Source of the DNA: Takakia lepidozioides
Taxonomy: Eukaryota > Plantae > Bryophyta
NCBI GenBank assembly: GCA_030704615.1
Contig: CM060731.1
Location: 18,910,001-18,974,000, forward strand
Length of the DNA: 64,000 nucleotides
Direction of reading: 5' to 3'
Shown: in pieces, positions 48,989-62,398 of the stretch
Layout: the number at the start of each line of letters is the position of its first letter
Position numbering within the stretch: position 1 is the stretch's first letter
The notes under the pieces: model-generated
Seen by the model: only the letters and a program-made list of their open reading frames with translations
What the model was told of the DNA's origin: nothing
The model's database searches: none
Translations under genes and position numbers: made by a program

Positions 48989-51900
48989 TCTTAACAAAAG
49001 AAAAAAAACATGTGCGCAAATAAATTCCTGCACTTTTTTCGAAAAATCTCCCTTAGAAATATAATGAGTAAACATTTTTTGGACTTGTAAAGGAGTTCAG
49101 GTCATCTCTGCTCTATTCATTGATGTAAGGAAATATTCTTGTCTAGGTCTTTTTTTATTTTCGAGAGTCAATGTAAAAATTGTATGAGAAGCGTCATCAA
49201 ATTTTATAAACTGCTTAATATATGTGGCAACCGTAAATGGCACCGATATAGTGAACGGACTAGATGTACTAAGAAGAAATGGTGGCGAATGCAAAATTAG
49301 AAAGAAATATTCCGCTGTTTGTCATGTTACAAATTTTACACCATGACACCGTGTTTCATTGATGAGCACGTGTTTCCTAAGCTCTATGTTTAGTTTCTAT
49401 TTACACCCAAAAGACAACACCGAATCCGATAACACAAAACCGAACTCTTCCATGATCAAATCGCCGCGTGTTGCAAATATTGAACTACCATTTGCAGCTC
49501 AACAACTGGCCTATCAGCATATAACAGAAGCTTTGATTGAGGGATACGCGTAAACGAATTCAATGTATGGATGCCCCCCAAACCGCTTGCTCATTTTAGC
49601 TCGTTCTTATCTTTTCGCAAAGAGATGCCATGCCTGTGATTCATTAAAAAAAATAATGGGTTTTATTCCTCTTCTTAAGACGTTCGAGATGAGCATTTGA
49701 GTTTATGGTGTGTGGCTTCATTTAATGGTTTGTAGTCATCTCGCAACATGGCCCCCAAGAATCCCGTTTGTCCAAAAGATCACGCAGTTTAGGAACAACG
49801 TGTTGTCTTCAATAAATGGAGGAGTATATCTGAGTGGATCCGTTAGTAGTTACTAGTTCTCGGTTGCCTAAAGAGGCTTCCAACACTTGATATGAAAATA
49901 GTGCGCACTTGGTGGCAAATTAATTTAATTTCACCAAATCCGGCAAATGGAAATTAGCTAATCCACCATCATTGGAATGGTGTCATGTGAAGGTAAAATT
50001 ATTTTCCCTCAAAAAACAAATTATTCGCAAGGGGGGCCCAAACAAATACTTGCCTTTAGCTCAATACCCAACCGACAAAATTTTTGAAGAGAGTGAGGGA
50101 AGAGAGAGAGAAGAAAGTTGTTTGTGTGTGAGAGAGACAGAGAGAGATTTGCTGCTCGCATGTCCAACAGATTGTGCACGTGCCTCTCGAGATGCCCAGG
50201 CATGCGGCTGTGCATTAGGAAATCCAGGCATCAGCTTGAGATTGGAAGTTTCTGACGACATCGTTTTTAGTAAGTAGAGATCTGTTCTGGAAGCCTGCAC
50301 TGCAGTCCAGGCAGCAAAGTGATTGCAGCCATTTAGTGAGATGATCTGCTCAGACATTCTTGCACAACTTAATCTGGGCACCTATGCCACCTACATATTT
50401 ACTGGGGGAATCCTCTTCCCCACGTGTGCATCGATGGTAATGACGCCATAGCTTCTCCACGATCAGAGGCTGTGACTTGTATAGCTGCGCCGCCATCACA
50501 GCCGCTCACTTCGAAGCTCCTCCGCCAGCTACCGCACGACTATAGGGGTGCAGTAAAGAGGAGTATGGAGAAGAGCGGAGGTGCAATGAAGCCAGGGAGA
50601 TCGCTCACCAACTTGAATGAATCGTCCTCTCGCCCGTGCAAGCACATTACTGCGACGTTCACTGCAAACTTGAATAAAACTGTAAAGGGCGTTTTAAATG
50701 CGAATGCCGCGTCCAGATGATTGTCTAATCATTGTCCTGCCTGTCTCACTAAACGCCTGCACGCATCCCAAGGTCCCGACGGTTTAGTTTCGAAATTCAA
50801 ACCCAAGTGGCAACAACATTTGCTAAGCTAACTTTGGGGGCGCTTCTAAGAATCACACTCCAGGACCTTCTTATTAGTGATCGGAAACTTTCTTGTCATC
50901 AGAGGGTTACTGCAATTGGTTTCTAATATCACGCAATACGTGCAAATTGCAGTTTTGTGGGGCAAACCCCCCACAAAGTGGTAGCTTAGATTGGCTTTGA
51001 GAGGGGCATGGAGGCATCTGTCTGAAGACTAGGCTGAGATCTAGTTGACCAGGGGGACGCGTGCGACGTGAGAGGCCAGGCCAGGCTCTTTAATGAAAGA
51101 GGCCGAACCTCTCGTGCACGTCTGCTTCTCTGGCTCCACGCTCGCAGCTTGACACCCCTCAGACTCCTTGCATCAGCGACAACCCTCGCTCCTCTGGACC
51201 ATCCCCATCTTTGGCTGCGCTTTTGTCCTCTACCTCCCCCGTTCACTCTCCCTAAGTCTAGAGTCTCGCTCCTCATAACGACTTGTCTTCAATTACCCTC
51301 TCTTTTCTTTCTTTAGCCGCTGCTCCCATCTATGACCTGCGGAAGGTTTGAGTTTCTCCTCAGCCGTATCCAGTCATAGCCGTATCCAGTCATCGCTCTC
51401 TGATTCTGTGCAGGACCAAGTTTTCAAAGATCTTCATAGATCATCTGTCTTTCACGCTGTCTTAACCAAACTATCAGCAGCAGCTTGATCGCATCAGAAG
51501 TCAATTGAAACTTTTCCCTCCAGAACCTGAGCTAGAAGCTTAGTTGAACTAGCTGCAAGAAGACGGACATTTTGTCTCCCAGTCTACCTGCATCGCACCA
51601 AATTTTGTGAGCTTCTAAAGATCTCTGTACTAACCTTACAGAGACCCTTGAGAATTCCCGGCAAGTCAGACCGTCCGGATCTACACCCTGCTTAGGCGGC
51701 GATGCCATATACGAGCGGTAAGCTTATAGGTTTAAAAAGCTTAACGTAAGCACGTCGTTCTTTCCTGGTCCCAGAATTGAGTCTGGATTAGAGCCACAAT
51801 CAAGAACACGAGTACGAGTCTGCCAAGGAAGCTCCAGGTCTTTGCATTATGGGTGCCCTGTCGCTGTCACAACGTCAATAATCTGCCATGAGCCCTGCGC

Positions 51901-52626
51901 TGACTGGACATATCGATTTACATCACTCTAGATCCTCGACACTAGTGTACTGGGGGCCCAGACGACAAAGGAAATCAGCGCAGCTAAGAGAGGTACTATA
52001 TGCAACTTTACAACCACATAAATCAAGGTTTCCTTGAATCATAATTGACCTGTGAAATCTCTTTTGGGAATAGCGAGATCATGATGCTTCTCAATTACGG
52101 CCTGCAGGTTGATGAGCGTTATAGTCAATTTCAAATCTTATGTTCAGGATCTACTTATAGCCAGATTCCCAGAAAATTTCTTGCGCTACTGAGAAACCCT
52201 TGGCTGCTTAATTTGCGTGGGTCATAGTTCAAGCCTGCACATTCCTGTAGGCATGGTGAGAGCTTGGTCTTCAATGTTCCGCTTTGTTTGTATCACAGGT
52301 GCTTGAGCGGTACTGTTGGTTATATCCTGTGACCTAAGGATCCCATTGAGCTTAAATCTACTCTTGGGAAGATATGTGTTCAGGTACAGGAATTTCTGGC
52401 TAGAAAGTAATATCTAGCAGAATTGGTCAAGTTTGGAATTCACTTTACCAGGATCTGGGTTGACAAACGAAATGCCTAGCTTGGAAATTCCTATCTTTCT
52501 GAACCAGCCTGAATCTTGACATGTCATGACACTGAGATTGACAAATTTTCATGAACCATGAGATGCAGGATCCTGCTCTGAGCTGATCTCCACCTGCCTT
52601 CTCTTGGAGCCAAACAGAGACGAGTA

Positions 52627-55600
52627 ATGGCGGACTATAACTCAAGTATGGAGTCAGGATCCTCTGCAGAAGAAGCATCGTCCGTGGTCCATCCTCTGCC
52701 TGACGGCGCTTGTGGGGTATCCATATGGGAGGGGTGGACACAACCGTCATCTGGTGATGGGGTGGCCACCAGCAACTCCCTCTCAGAACTTTCGGGCAGC
52801 ACGCAACTTAGCTTCCACCAAGCAGATGTGGTTGCTAATTGGCTTATGTCCCAGGCTGGCTCGAGCTTGTGTGTTGACCACCGACACGATCATGCAGATC
52901 AGCCAACGAGCTTCATTGCAGATCATGGGCTTGTGTCGGACATGAGCATGTGCAGTTCCCAATCCATTAACGGTCCGGAGCCATCGAGTCACATCTCCTC
53001 AGAATTATCTGAATTGTATATAGGAAGCAGTACAAAACAGCACTCGGAACACACAGTTTACGGCCCTGTCACTCCTGACTTCCAGGGAGTCGAGTCCTAC
53101 AGTAAGTGTTCTTCGCATTATGCCTATGGTAAACCATTGGAATCGCATGCTGAATTGCATCTCTTACAGTCGCTGAATCCGGAGTCTCCTTCTTCTCCCT
53201 TAGCGCCTGAGGCAGTGGGGCAATGGGATGGAAGCCACGGTCCAGTTTCAACTTGGGCGAGTCCTGGACCTACATCGCAGCCCTTAGGGAGTAGTTTGCA
53301 GTTGACTCCAGGGAAGTCCTCTGAGCTTGGCAACCATCTCAGCACACAACCACACTGCAGAAGAGTGCTATTTCCAGACACATCAGTGGACAGGTATTAC
53401 AACAACTACGCTAACACCAGGCAAATTGGCACGGAAGTTACTTCACTAAACATGATCGACCAGCTCGAGACGCTATTGAACAGAAATGTCAATTCACTTG
53501 GCTCAAACCCTGAGCATCTCATGGAGCATCTTATCGGATCAACCCGTGGTACCTACAGCGCATCAGCTGGATTGCCCCATTTCTCAAACATTCCAGGTTC
53601 CCCTGTCCCGCCTCTGAGATTGATTCCATCACTCCATGATGGAAAGGAGGATTCAATTAATTACTGTCCTGCAGATCATCCTATTAACATATCGTCTGTG
53701 CTTCAAGGCACTCGGGACCATTCTCTCAGCCGGGAGGATCAAACGTCCAATACCACAGCCGGATTCAAGGCTGGTGAGGAGCAAGAGAGATCTTCAGTTA
53801 ACCAACCTCGTCAAGTTCAGGATGGAAATGGAGGCAGCCCGCCTCTTAAACGCCCAAGCCTTGTACGTGCTGGAATTTTCCTTACGCCTTTCCTCTTGAA
53901 CTTGATCCTCAGTGAGATTCGTATATAGATATAGGTACACGTGAATGGGTTGAATCCACAGGCCTAGTGTACAATTCTGAAAGCTCAAACGGGTCATCAG
54001 TTTCCATGAGTTCTAAACCTTCAAGACATTCCATGACATCTGGGCTTTAGGAAACTCGCGTCTGCATATATGGTGGATATGCAGGCTGAATCGAGGCAGG
54101 GATGCATGTCAGGGACATCATCTTGACGCCTCTCTTTCACTCGACTAATAAGTGCAGCTAGATAAAGCTTGATGACAATTAAGAAAGTTTGTCGTTGAGC
54201 TTGAAATTCAATTTTTCTCAAAGAGAAAGCAGCTCTGAGATTCTAACTGTCCAGTGACTTGCGGATACAATTGACAGGACACTGCGGCATTATGGCAGCG
54301 AAGTCCGATAGTGAGACGGGTGGAGGCGAAGCCTTTTTCATCTACAAGCAGTAGTTACATGTCAGGATCACAATCACAAGATACCATAGCGGTTGGTCCC
54401 GCTCTTAACACAAATGGAAAACCTCGAGCAAGGCGTGGCTCTGCAACGGATCCCCAGAGCGTCTATGCACGGGTACAAACATTTCTGTCTACAAGTAAAA
54501 TATAGAGTGCTAAACTCTAGTCTTGCAAACTCTATGAGTTCCCTCCTTTCTACCAAAATCGCCTCCGGCTGTCATCCTCGGTATTATGTGCATCGTTGTA
54601 AGTTCATGACAAGAGCAGCCCTGGAGAATGTTCACTTTACTGTGACTGGTCACTAATTATTCTATACCATCGAAATTTGCAGCATAGGAGAGAAAGGATT
54701 AACGAGCGCCTGAAGACCTTGCAACACTTGGTGCCTAATGGGGCTAAGGTCAGAGTTCTTGAGCACCGTATCGTCTCTGCACTTTGAATCCTTACCTGTA
54801 GGCCAATGATCACCCAGTCACGGATACTGACAAGCTAAGTCGAGATAAGGTCAAGATTAATGACTTGATCTATGAATAGTGTATTGATCAGCCAACACGA
54901 GCGTAGATGTATCAGCAGCTCAAGCTCAATTTCTCGTACATTGCTCATCGACCGATAAAAAAACGTGCCCCTCAAGTGAGGATATATTTAAAGTTGGGAT
55001 ACAAACCGGATCAGAAAAATGCACCCCAGCTAGACACCCGAGATGATTATGGATAGGAGATGTATAGTATACCTTTCGAGATCTTCTGTGAATTTCACTG
55101 TATGCACACTAGATTGTCCAATTCCTCCATCTTCATGTCAATTGGATGGCACTTGAAGCATACAAGCTCTTCATAAGTTAACATAGCGTGCTCGGTAGAC
55201 ATACTTTGGGAGTAATTACTGTGTCTCTGATGTATGCAGGTAGACATAGTGACAATGCTGGAGGAAGCCATCAACTATGTCAAGTTCCTGCAGCTTCAAG
55301 TCAAGGTACAAGTTGTCTGAAACAAGGACTTCTCTGACATAAGGAGCTGATCTGCCGATTTCAAGAACACACATGTGAAAACTTGAGATTTAAGTTTAAT
55401 TATACCGTGCCAACAGCTCTAGATATATACAGATCTATGCAACCTGGTTTGGCATATGAAAAGCTCTTAGCGTCTGTCATTCAGTCTACTTGAACACGTG
55501 AACGTAGCTGTTCTTCGGATCTACTTACTTCAGGCTTCAGTTTTCACTCTAATAAGACGAACTTTGAAGACGTTCGGAGAAGTGGAGCTTGCAACTTGAA

Positions 55601-55762
55601 GTTTCTTCGAGGAAACCAGCTCCTAACTTAGACTAGCTGTGTGATGTTGTGTCTGTGCAGCTTTTGAAGTCAGACGAGTATTGGATATACGCCACACCCA
55701 ACACATACAATGGAATCGACGTGTCTGTTGGCATGCACTTCGGAATGGAATCCACGGCCTAG
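52627..55762 (+). CDS. RSL: bHLH transcription factor, class II ROOT HAIR DEFECTIVE SIX-LIKE (subfamily VIIIc2), 5 coding exons
   Basis: Exons 52627-53862, 54278-54472, 54683-54748, 55240-55305, 55661-55762 give [88 protein letters not shown], a bHLH plus RSL motif of class II type. The start codon is less certain. Confidence 0.92.
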
Positions 55763-58567
55763 GTAGTATCTGTCCACGCCCAATAATACTGATCAATTGA
55801 GCAACCATTAGCACTAGGCTCAGCCAGCCCAAAGTCGGCCGCCCACCATTTCTTATTCAGGTGATCAGCTGAGCTGGCCAGCCTCCCGACCTGGGGACAT
55901 CGACTCGCATATAGAGTCTTGAGGTATTTTTGTTCTCGACGTACAGCTGATCTGTAGGTCCTATTTCATTTGCAGAGTTCACTCTGCCCGATATTGATGG
56001 CTTCAGCTAGCTTCACAGGGATCTAATAGAACAGGAGCTTCCTTTCTTCTCAAGTCTGCAAGTTGATGAATGGCTGAAGGCATCAAACCAAAAGAAAGTA
56101 GTCCGGTCTTGTAGATGTGAGTTATTAATTTTGAGGCCCTAACCAGCTCAGGCACATATTGCAGACAATCATCTGCTTGAGATTAGTTGGTCCCATTGAA
56201 GGGACCTGTTTAACGACCGTTAGACGATCCGATTGAGCTTTCTTGACGATGTGTGAGCATTTGAATAAATTTAGACTTAAAGCTGGCCAGAGGCACCACC
56301 TCAAATTCCTGTTGGACGTCCCCTTTCTGCACCCAATTGGCGTGCTTGATAATACAATAAGTGATTATAGTCTGTGTACAGGTGTCCGGAAAAATCTCAC
56401 TGAAAGTGAAATCTCCGTGAATATGGATGAAAAAATCTATGACTCTTTGTATGCTGAATCTTCATCAAAAGTCACATCTCTCAGAATATGGATTAATTGT
56501 GTTCACCCAAGTGTGACTATATAGCTAACCTTTGCTCCCAGAGACTATACACCCCACAGTGTACGCATCAAGTTGGCTTGATTTTATCTTTTGGTACAAC
56601 TGCATAGGCTATACATACTGGGTTTGATACTTGTCAATTGAATCATGGGTCATTCTTTTCACTGATGTTGTAGGAGTCCTGTTTCTCGGATAGGTCGCAA
56701 CATATTTAAGGCTTCTGCCCAGCAGTTCTTTTCCCAACTTTATTTTGTCGATTTTCTCTCGGGCTTCTTCATATGGGCCTTGTATTAAGCCTTTCAGCGA
56801 CCTGGTTCTTCCCAGTGACGTTATTGGTGAAAATTAATTTTCATTGACAATGGGCCGCTGTCTAGACCACCCATGAGAATTTGAATCATGACGAAGGTGG
56901 ATAAACATCAAATTCGTCCATTTCACTGTGGACAAAACAATTGGTAAAGACTACTGGACCGTGATCCAGTTCCTTCGTGCAGTTCCTTCGTGCAAATTAT
57001 TAATTGCTGCCGGAGCTGCTTCTGGATCGACCTTCTCGCCTATGTTTCATACACAGATATGACCACAATACATCCATATCTATTGAACCTGTGTTTATGA
57101 GTGTTCTCCTGGTAAGAAAGAAGATTTTAAATTCTACCTACACTACGGTCCTTATGGGATGAAAAGCCAAAAATTTCGCTTGGATGCCATGTCGAATTTC
57201 ACACGGACACGCGAGTAACAAGTCAACTGAACTCAGGAATGAGAGGATAGGAGGATCGCGAGCTCAGACCTGAAGTAAATATCAAGGATGTTGGTGCCAG
57301 CTTGTCGCCTGGTTCGAGGACATATAGGGGCTCACATGAGGAATCAATCTTTCCATCTAAGCTCTCAGGCCTCCTGCAGGTGTGTCTTACAAAGTGTTCA
57401 CAATTCCACAAGTGAATATTGCAATAAGCCTGCCTCCTTGCAGCGTGATACACTAGATGTGGCGATTGGTTCGGACACCTATCTTTCTCATTTCCTCAGG
57501 AGTAAGCTAAATCTTTCTTCGAAAAGAGTGGCATGATAACCTCACTTGAAATACTATGCCTGGGACATTGTTGCTTGCATCCATGCAGATATCCTTCTGA
57601 CAGACATCTGGGACCCGTTAAGTACTGACTTACCTGGTCGCTCAACCTGCACCAAGTCCTTGTAAACTCGAATCTTTGGCTGAACTCCACCCCCTTTGCC
57701 TCATAATAATATTATTCTCAACATCTGTCTTCCATGCCAGAGGCGGGACATTTTGGGTTACTTTCAGGGAGTATATGTAATGTTCATCTTGAACATGCTT
57801 ATAATTCGAAGGTCAGACAAGACCACCGTCCATATTTCGGAATACATTTGAACAAGCAGTAGCATCTCCACGCTGCTCGCCCATGGATGATGAGCGCACT
57901 CTGTGTACTCTTTGAGTTGTGATCACAGTGTAGTAGGATGATCTCCATCAAAACTGTGCAGGATGCTTTGAGCTTCTCTCAGATCAATGCTGATCAATCC
58001 TGTACTTGCTTACTGATCTGAGCAGTCTAGCTGCTGCAGGAAGGTCAGATGTCTACTAAACTTTTTTGTCTGTGTGTAATTATGTGTCCTCGTGAATGAG
58101 AAGTTCATCATCCATCATTTATCCACCCATCCATACCTTGATTCCCTGGCTTTTGAAAATCTGAAAGAACAAACGCAAACTTGTATAAAAATATCCCCAT
58201 TCAAACTTGTCGATCTGGCCAATAAAACCAACTTAGAGTAAATAAAGATTAATAGAGAGCCATTTAATTCTCACCTCAGAACTCCTGCATATCTTAGTAT
58301 TCAGTCTTAAATTGCATCGCTCAACAGAATAACAAATAGCCCTGGCAACTGGCAACTACCGACTAAAATTTATTGTCTTCTGTTAACTGATTAATAATTT
58401 AAATAATAGATTTTTCCGCTTTTTTATTTTTTATTTTTCTTTAAGGGAAACCCGGCTCCGCTTTTAGAACTCTTCGTATGACAGTTTGTTATGTAGTTAA
58501 GGCTAATATTTTTGAGTTATAACAAACGCTTAATTAATATTAATTAATACATCAGTTCTTAAAATTC

Positions 58568-58630
58568 TTCCCCCTCCTCAAGGGCCTGACATGTGGGCTG
58601 TCGCTCCCCAGGTTTCCTTTGCCAAAAAGA
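58568..58630 (+). mobile_element. SINE family A, 3'-end fragment
   Basis: CCCCCTCCTCAAGGGCCTGACATGTGGGCTGTCGCTCCCCAGGTTTCCTTT plus an A-rich tail matches 48926-48988. Confidence 0.7.
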
Positions 58631-60937
58631 ATAAATAAATAATAGAACTGCAAGGATCAATGTAATTTCTTCAACTAAATTAATTAAAATATATAAAATA
58701 TTTTTTTTCTTTTACTTTTCTTTTGTTTTTAACGAACAGGGGGTTGACAGTGGCCCCGAGGAACTTTATTGGAAATTATTTGAAGGGAAAAAATTAAGCC
58801 CTTACATGCCCATAGGCTGCCATAAGGCCTAGACACACAGGAGACCGTGTCTTTTTCTTTTCCTATTGAGGTTATTAAGATCCAATGAGTACACAATAAT
58901 TGCATAGCTCAGAAAATGAAATATAATATAATGTGGGCCCTGGGGTTGGTGATATGCACTTTACTGACAAGGAATTTCAAAAAACAAACAGCACAAGATG
59001 TCATGCATAAACTCAAGAAGCACCTCATGATGGCCCGCACACTAATCCCTGCTTCCTTCAAGCCCCAGTGATTCTACAATTTGATCCCGGCGAATGGGTA
59101 TGGAAAGACGGGCAAGATTGATCGTTATTAATAATAACCAGCGTGATTAAGTTACCTATCTTAAAGTAGCAAGTATATATTTATGTTCAGCCCAATATGC
59201 TTCAAATTTTGCCAAATGTGTAGTGCTACAGCCGTGTCAGTGGGCCCATTTAATAGGGTTGGTTTTTCCTCAATTCTGGATGGCAGGTAGGCAGGGATAG
59301 GTGTCAGGCCCAACTGGCAAATTGGGTTTGGGCTAATATCTATGATTCTATCTATGCATGCAAATAAAGGAGGAATTATATGTGTATAAGAGATCATGGA
59401 AAAGAAAAAAAAAAAAAAAAACAGGGGATAGGGTAAGTTCCTAATTTATCGATAATTAGTTAAATATATAATTAATGAAAGCCCTATGGAAGCCTTGAAA
59501 CATACTGAAACAATGATTTTGTTTTTGCTTTTGTTTTTTGGGCAAAAGTGACATCCTTATTGAATTCTAAAGAGGAGACTACGCAGTAGTGCCAAAAATT
59601 GCTAAGCCTTCCCCCCTCCTCTCCTTTCATGAAAACTACTTCCGTAGGAATGATGTGCCTTCTCCAGGTAACACCTTCCTCGTGTAAAATCTCTGTTATT
59701 GAACAACTCATGAGAAATAAATGAATGAATTTCAAGTTTTTTATGGATGAAAAGTAGATTCCACCATTCACAAGCTTGTTTTTGTTTGTTTTTGTTTTTT
59801 GGGTGTCATTATCATCTAAAAGGGTGATGGAATCGTTCGTCATCCACACGGTTATTTCGTTCGAAAGGTGAATGACTCGTTGTTCATCCAAATGATTTTT
59901 CGTGTTTCAAGCCATCGGAGTTTGTAATATTAGGAATTTCTTAAGAAATTAAGTGAGTGGCCCATTTTTAAGACTTTCTATGAAATATTGAACTAATACT
60001 TTCACATTGGCATTGAAATGGGACCCATTGACATCTACGGAATACCTACCAGCAGGAGTTCATCCACGGAAATGAACCTTACTAAGTGGTAGTTACCTAC
60101 TAGATGCAGGTATTGTGCAAATTTGGGAAGAATTGATCGTTCCGTTTGGGAGATTATAATAATTTACTAGGGGGGTTTTTCCAACTCCAAGGAAGTTTTT
60201 AGGGAAAAATTCTGTTTGACCGAGCAAATTTGCCCTGACAGAGATTTTTTCTGGGGCCGGACCAACTCAGTCACAATCTTTGCAGGGTTACACCTGTCCT
60301 CAAAGAAATTTGAGGGCCAAATTCCCCAAAAAAAATATGGCACCTTTGTATGTGCAATAGGGGGGTTCAATGGAAGAAAAACTACGCTGGAAAAAGAAGA
60401 TCCACATAGCTCGTGGAGTTTCCTCTAGTGCAATCCTGGAGGGCCCACATGGCAAGAAGAATGCCCAAAAATATTTCCAAAAAACCAAAAACTGCTCTAG
60501 AGATGGGCTTTTTGTGACTTTTCCAATCACTTCCATCGAGGTTAGGTAGTGCGTGCCGGCGTGAGAGTTGTCACGTGAGCACAAGGGCATATTTCCCAAA
60601 TTTGCACGAAATTTCCGCTGTGAAACGAATTTGGCGAAACTAAAAACGATGTGAAACTAACACATAGAGAACACGTAGCCCCTATATCCGATGAGCATGT
60701 TACCCTATAGGTGTGGCGTTTTCTCCATAGTAACAGGCGAGAATGTGCGGTGAGGCTTCAACTGAAATTGCAGGTCCTCGCCCATAGCTAATTTCTCACG
60801 GAAGGAATATGTACCACACAACCTCATAATTTCACAGAGCGAAACTCTGTACCAACCATCCTGACAAGAAATCAACTGTAGCAGAAAGTATGAGAAGGTC
60901 ACTATTCAAATCCCCATCACCAAGCCCATATCACCAA

Positions 60938-61215
60938 AGTATTTCCCAAATACTAAGAAGAGTTTCTCAAAGCGAAACCCACTTCTGCATAGTATTTCTG
61001 AAATATCAGTAAGAGTTTCTCAAAGCGAAACCCACTTCTGCATAATATTTCTCAAATACCAGTAAGAGTTTCTCAAAGCGAAACCCACTTCTGCATAGTA
61101 TTTCTCAAATACCAGAAAATGTTTCTCAATGCGAAACCCCCCGTTGCATAAGTTTGTGTCCATATCACCAAGTCTGTCTCAAATACCAGAAAGGGTTTCT
61201 CAATGCAAAACCCAC
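60938..61215. repeat. 53-bp tandem repeat, 4 adjacent copies plus a separated fifth
   Basis: Unit AGTATTTCTCAAATACCAGTAAGAGTTTCTCAAAGCGAAACCCACTTCTGCAT with period 53 (60961 to 61014). An inverted partial copy lies at about 61300-61350. Confidence 0.9.
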
Positions 61216-62258
61216 CGCACGGTACATCTGCACCAATTCAGCGAGGCAAAAACTTCAGTAGTGCAGCCAAAAACCCTAAACTTATAGCAGCAGCGACAAG
61301 TTTCGCATTGAGAAAGTCTTGGTAATATGGGCACAAACCTATGCAGATATGCACCAATCCACTATACCCGCTTATGGTTTTTTCCGTTTTGGAAACATAT
61401 AACTCCTATGACCGAGGTTAAAAAAAACATAAAACTCCCATGACCGTGGGTTGTGCTCACGCGATACCAACCCCCACTTCCATCTTAGGGCTGTCCGTAG
61501 GGCCACGTCGGCAAGTCAACTGCAGTGGCGGCCTCATATCAGCCATTCTTTTAGTGGCGAATAATCGCCAGATTTCGACCTTGCGCGGGTCTTGGCGACA
61601 TGGGTAAAGGGAAATGAGGCTGAAAAATCATCAATTTTCGCCAAAAGCTGATCTGATGGGCCCACCATTCGCTAGAGGGGCCGCCACAAGGAGGCACATG
61701 GCGCCATATTGAGTGAAGACAGTTTACAACAGAGGAGCCAGATCCCACCGACCACGTGTAGGACATCGCCGCATTCCGAGTGCGCGGGAGGACGTGGAGC
61801 CAGCTATGTTGTCCATTTTTGTACATATATATATATATATATATATGGGTAAGTGTAGTATAGTCTCTATAGATAGACTTTGTAGTGATAAGTTTATAAT
61901 ATGTGTATGGGTAGCTTAGTGGTAGAGATCTCCCACCCTAGCCAATTGACTTGGTGTTTTGTTCCTAATACCACAACAATTTTTTGATAGCAACCTGGTT
62001 TGGATGATAAAGTTCCTAAATATGAAAAAGGTGGCCGCGGAGGAGGGTAAAAGGGTGACTGCAGAGGAGGATGATAATCAAAAGGGTGGCAGAGGGTTAC
62101 AAAAACGGAATGAGAATGTCATTTATTCATTGTTTTTGGGATGAAAGGACGCATGTCAGCAAATTTAGGACCTAAAAAAAAGAAAACCTAAAACACATCT
62201 TCCTTCTTTCATTTTTTTTCCTCCCATAAAACACAAAACTAAACATAGTTAAACTAAA

Positions 62259-62398
62259 CAAATCTTGCTACGGGTGTGGTATGGTTCCTGGGCGGTGTCC
62301 CCTCATTCGTCTCCATGGCGCATAAATGAAAGAGGTTATTTTCTCCTCTCACTACTAAGGGGCCTGATTTGTGAGCTCGCTCCCAGGTGTTTCCCTTT
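62259..62398 (+). mobile_element. SINE family A, 5'-truncated copy
   Basis: Begins inside the B box (CAAATCTTGCTA), carries ATGGCGCATAAATGAAAGAGG, and ends GGGCCTGATTTGTGAGCTCGCTCCCAGG..TTTCCCTTT. Confidence 0.65.

Noticed and set aside
58700-58810. LINE 3' end on the minus strand (T-rich tract then unique sequence; similar at about 11418-11480)
   Set aside because: Only the T-rich tract supports it; no RT remnant or TSD was identified.
60938-61215. CRISPR-like array
   Set aside because: The units are contiguous near-identical 53-mers without unique spacers, in a eukaryotic context with no cas genes.
61908-61972. tRNA gene (GTAGCTTAGTGGTAGAG A-box-like start)
   Set aside because: No intact T-arm/B box or acceptor stem; at most a decayed tRNA-derived SINE head.
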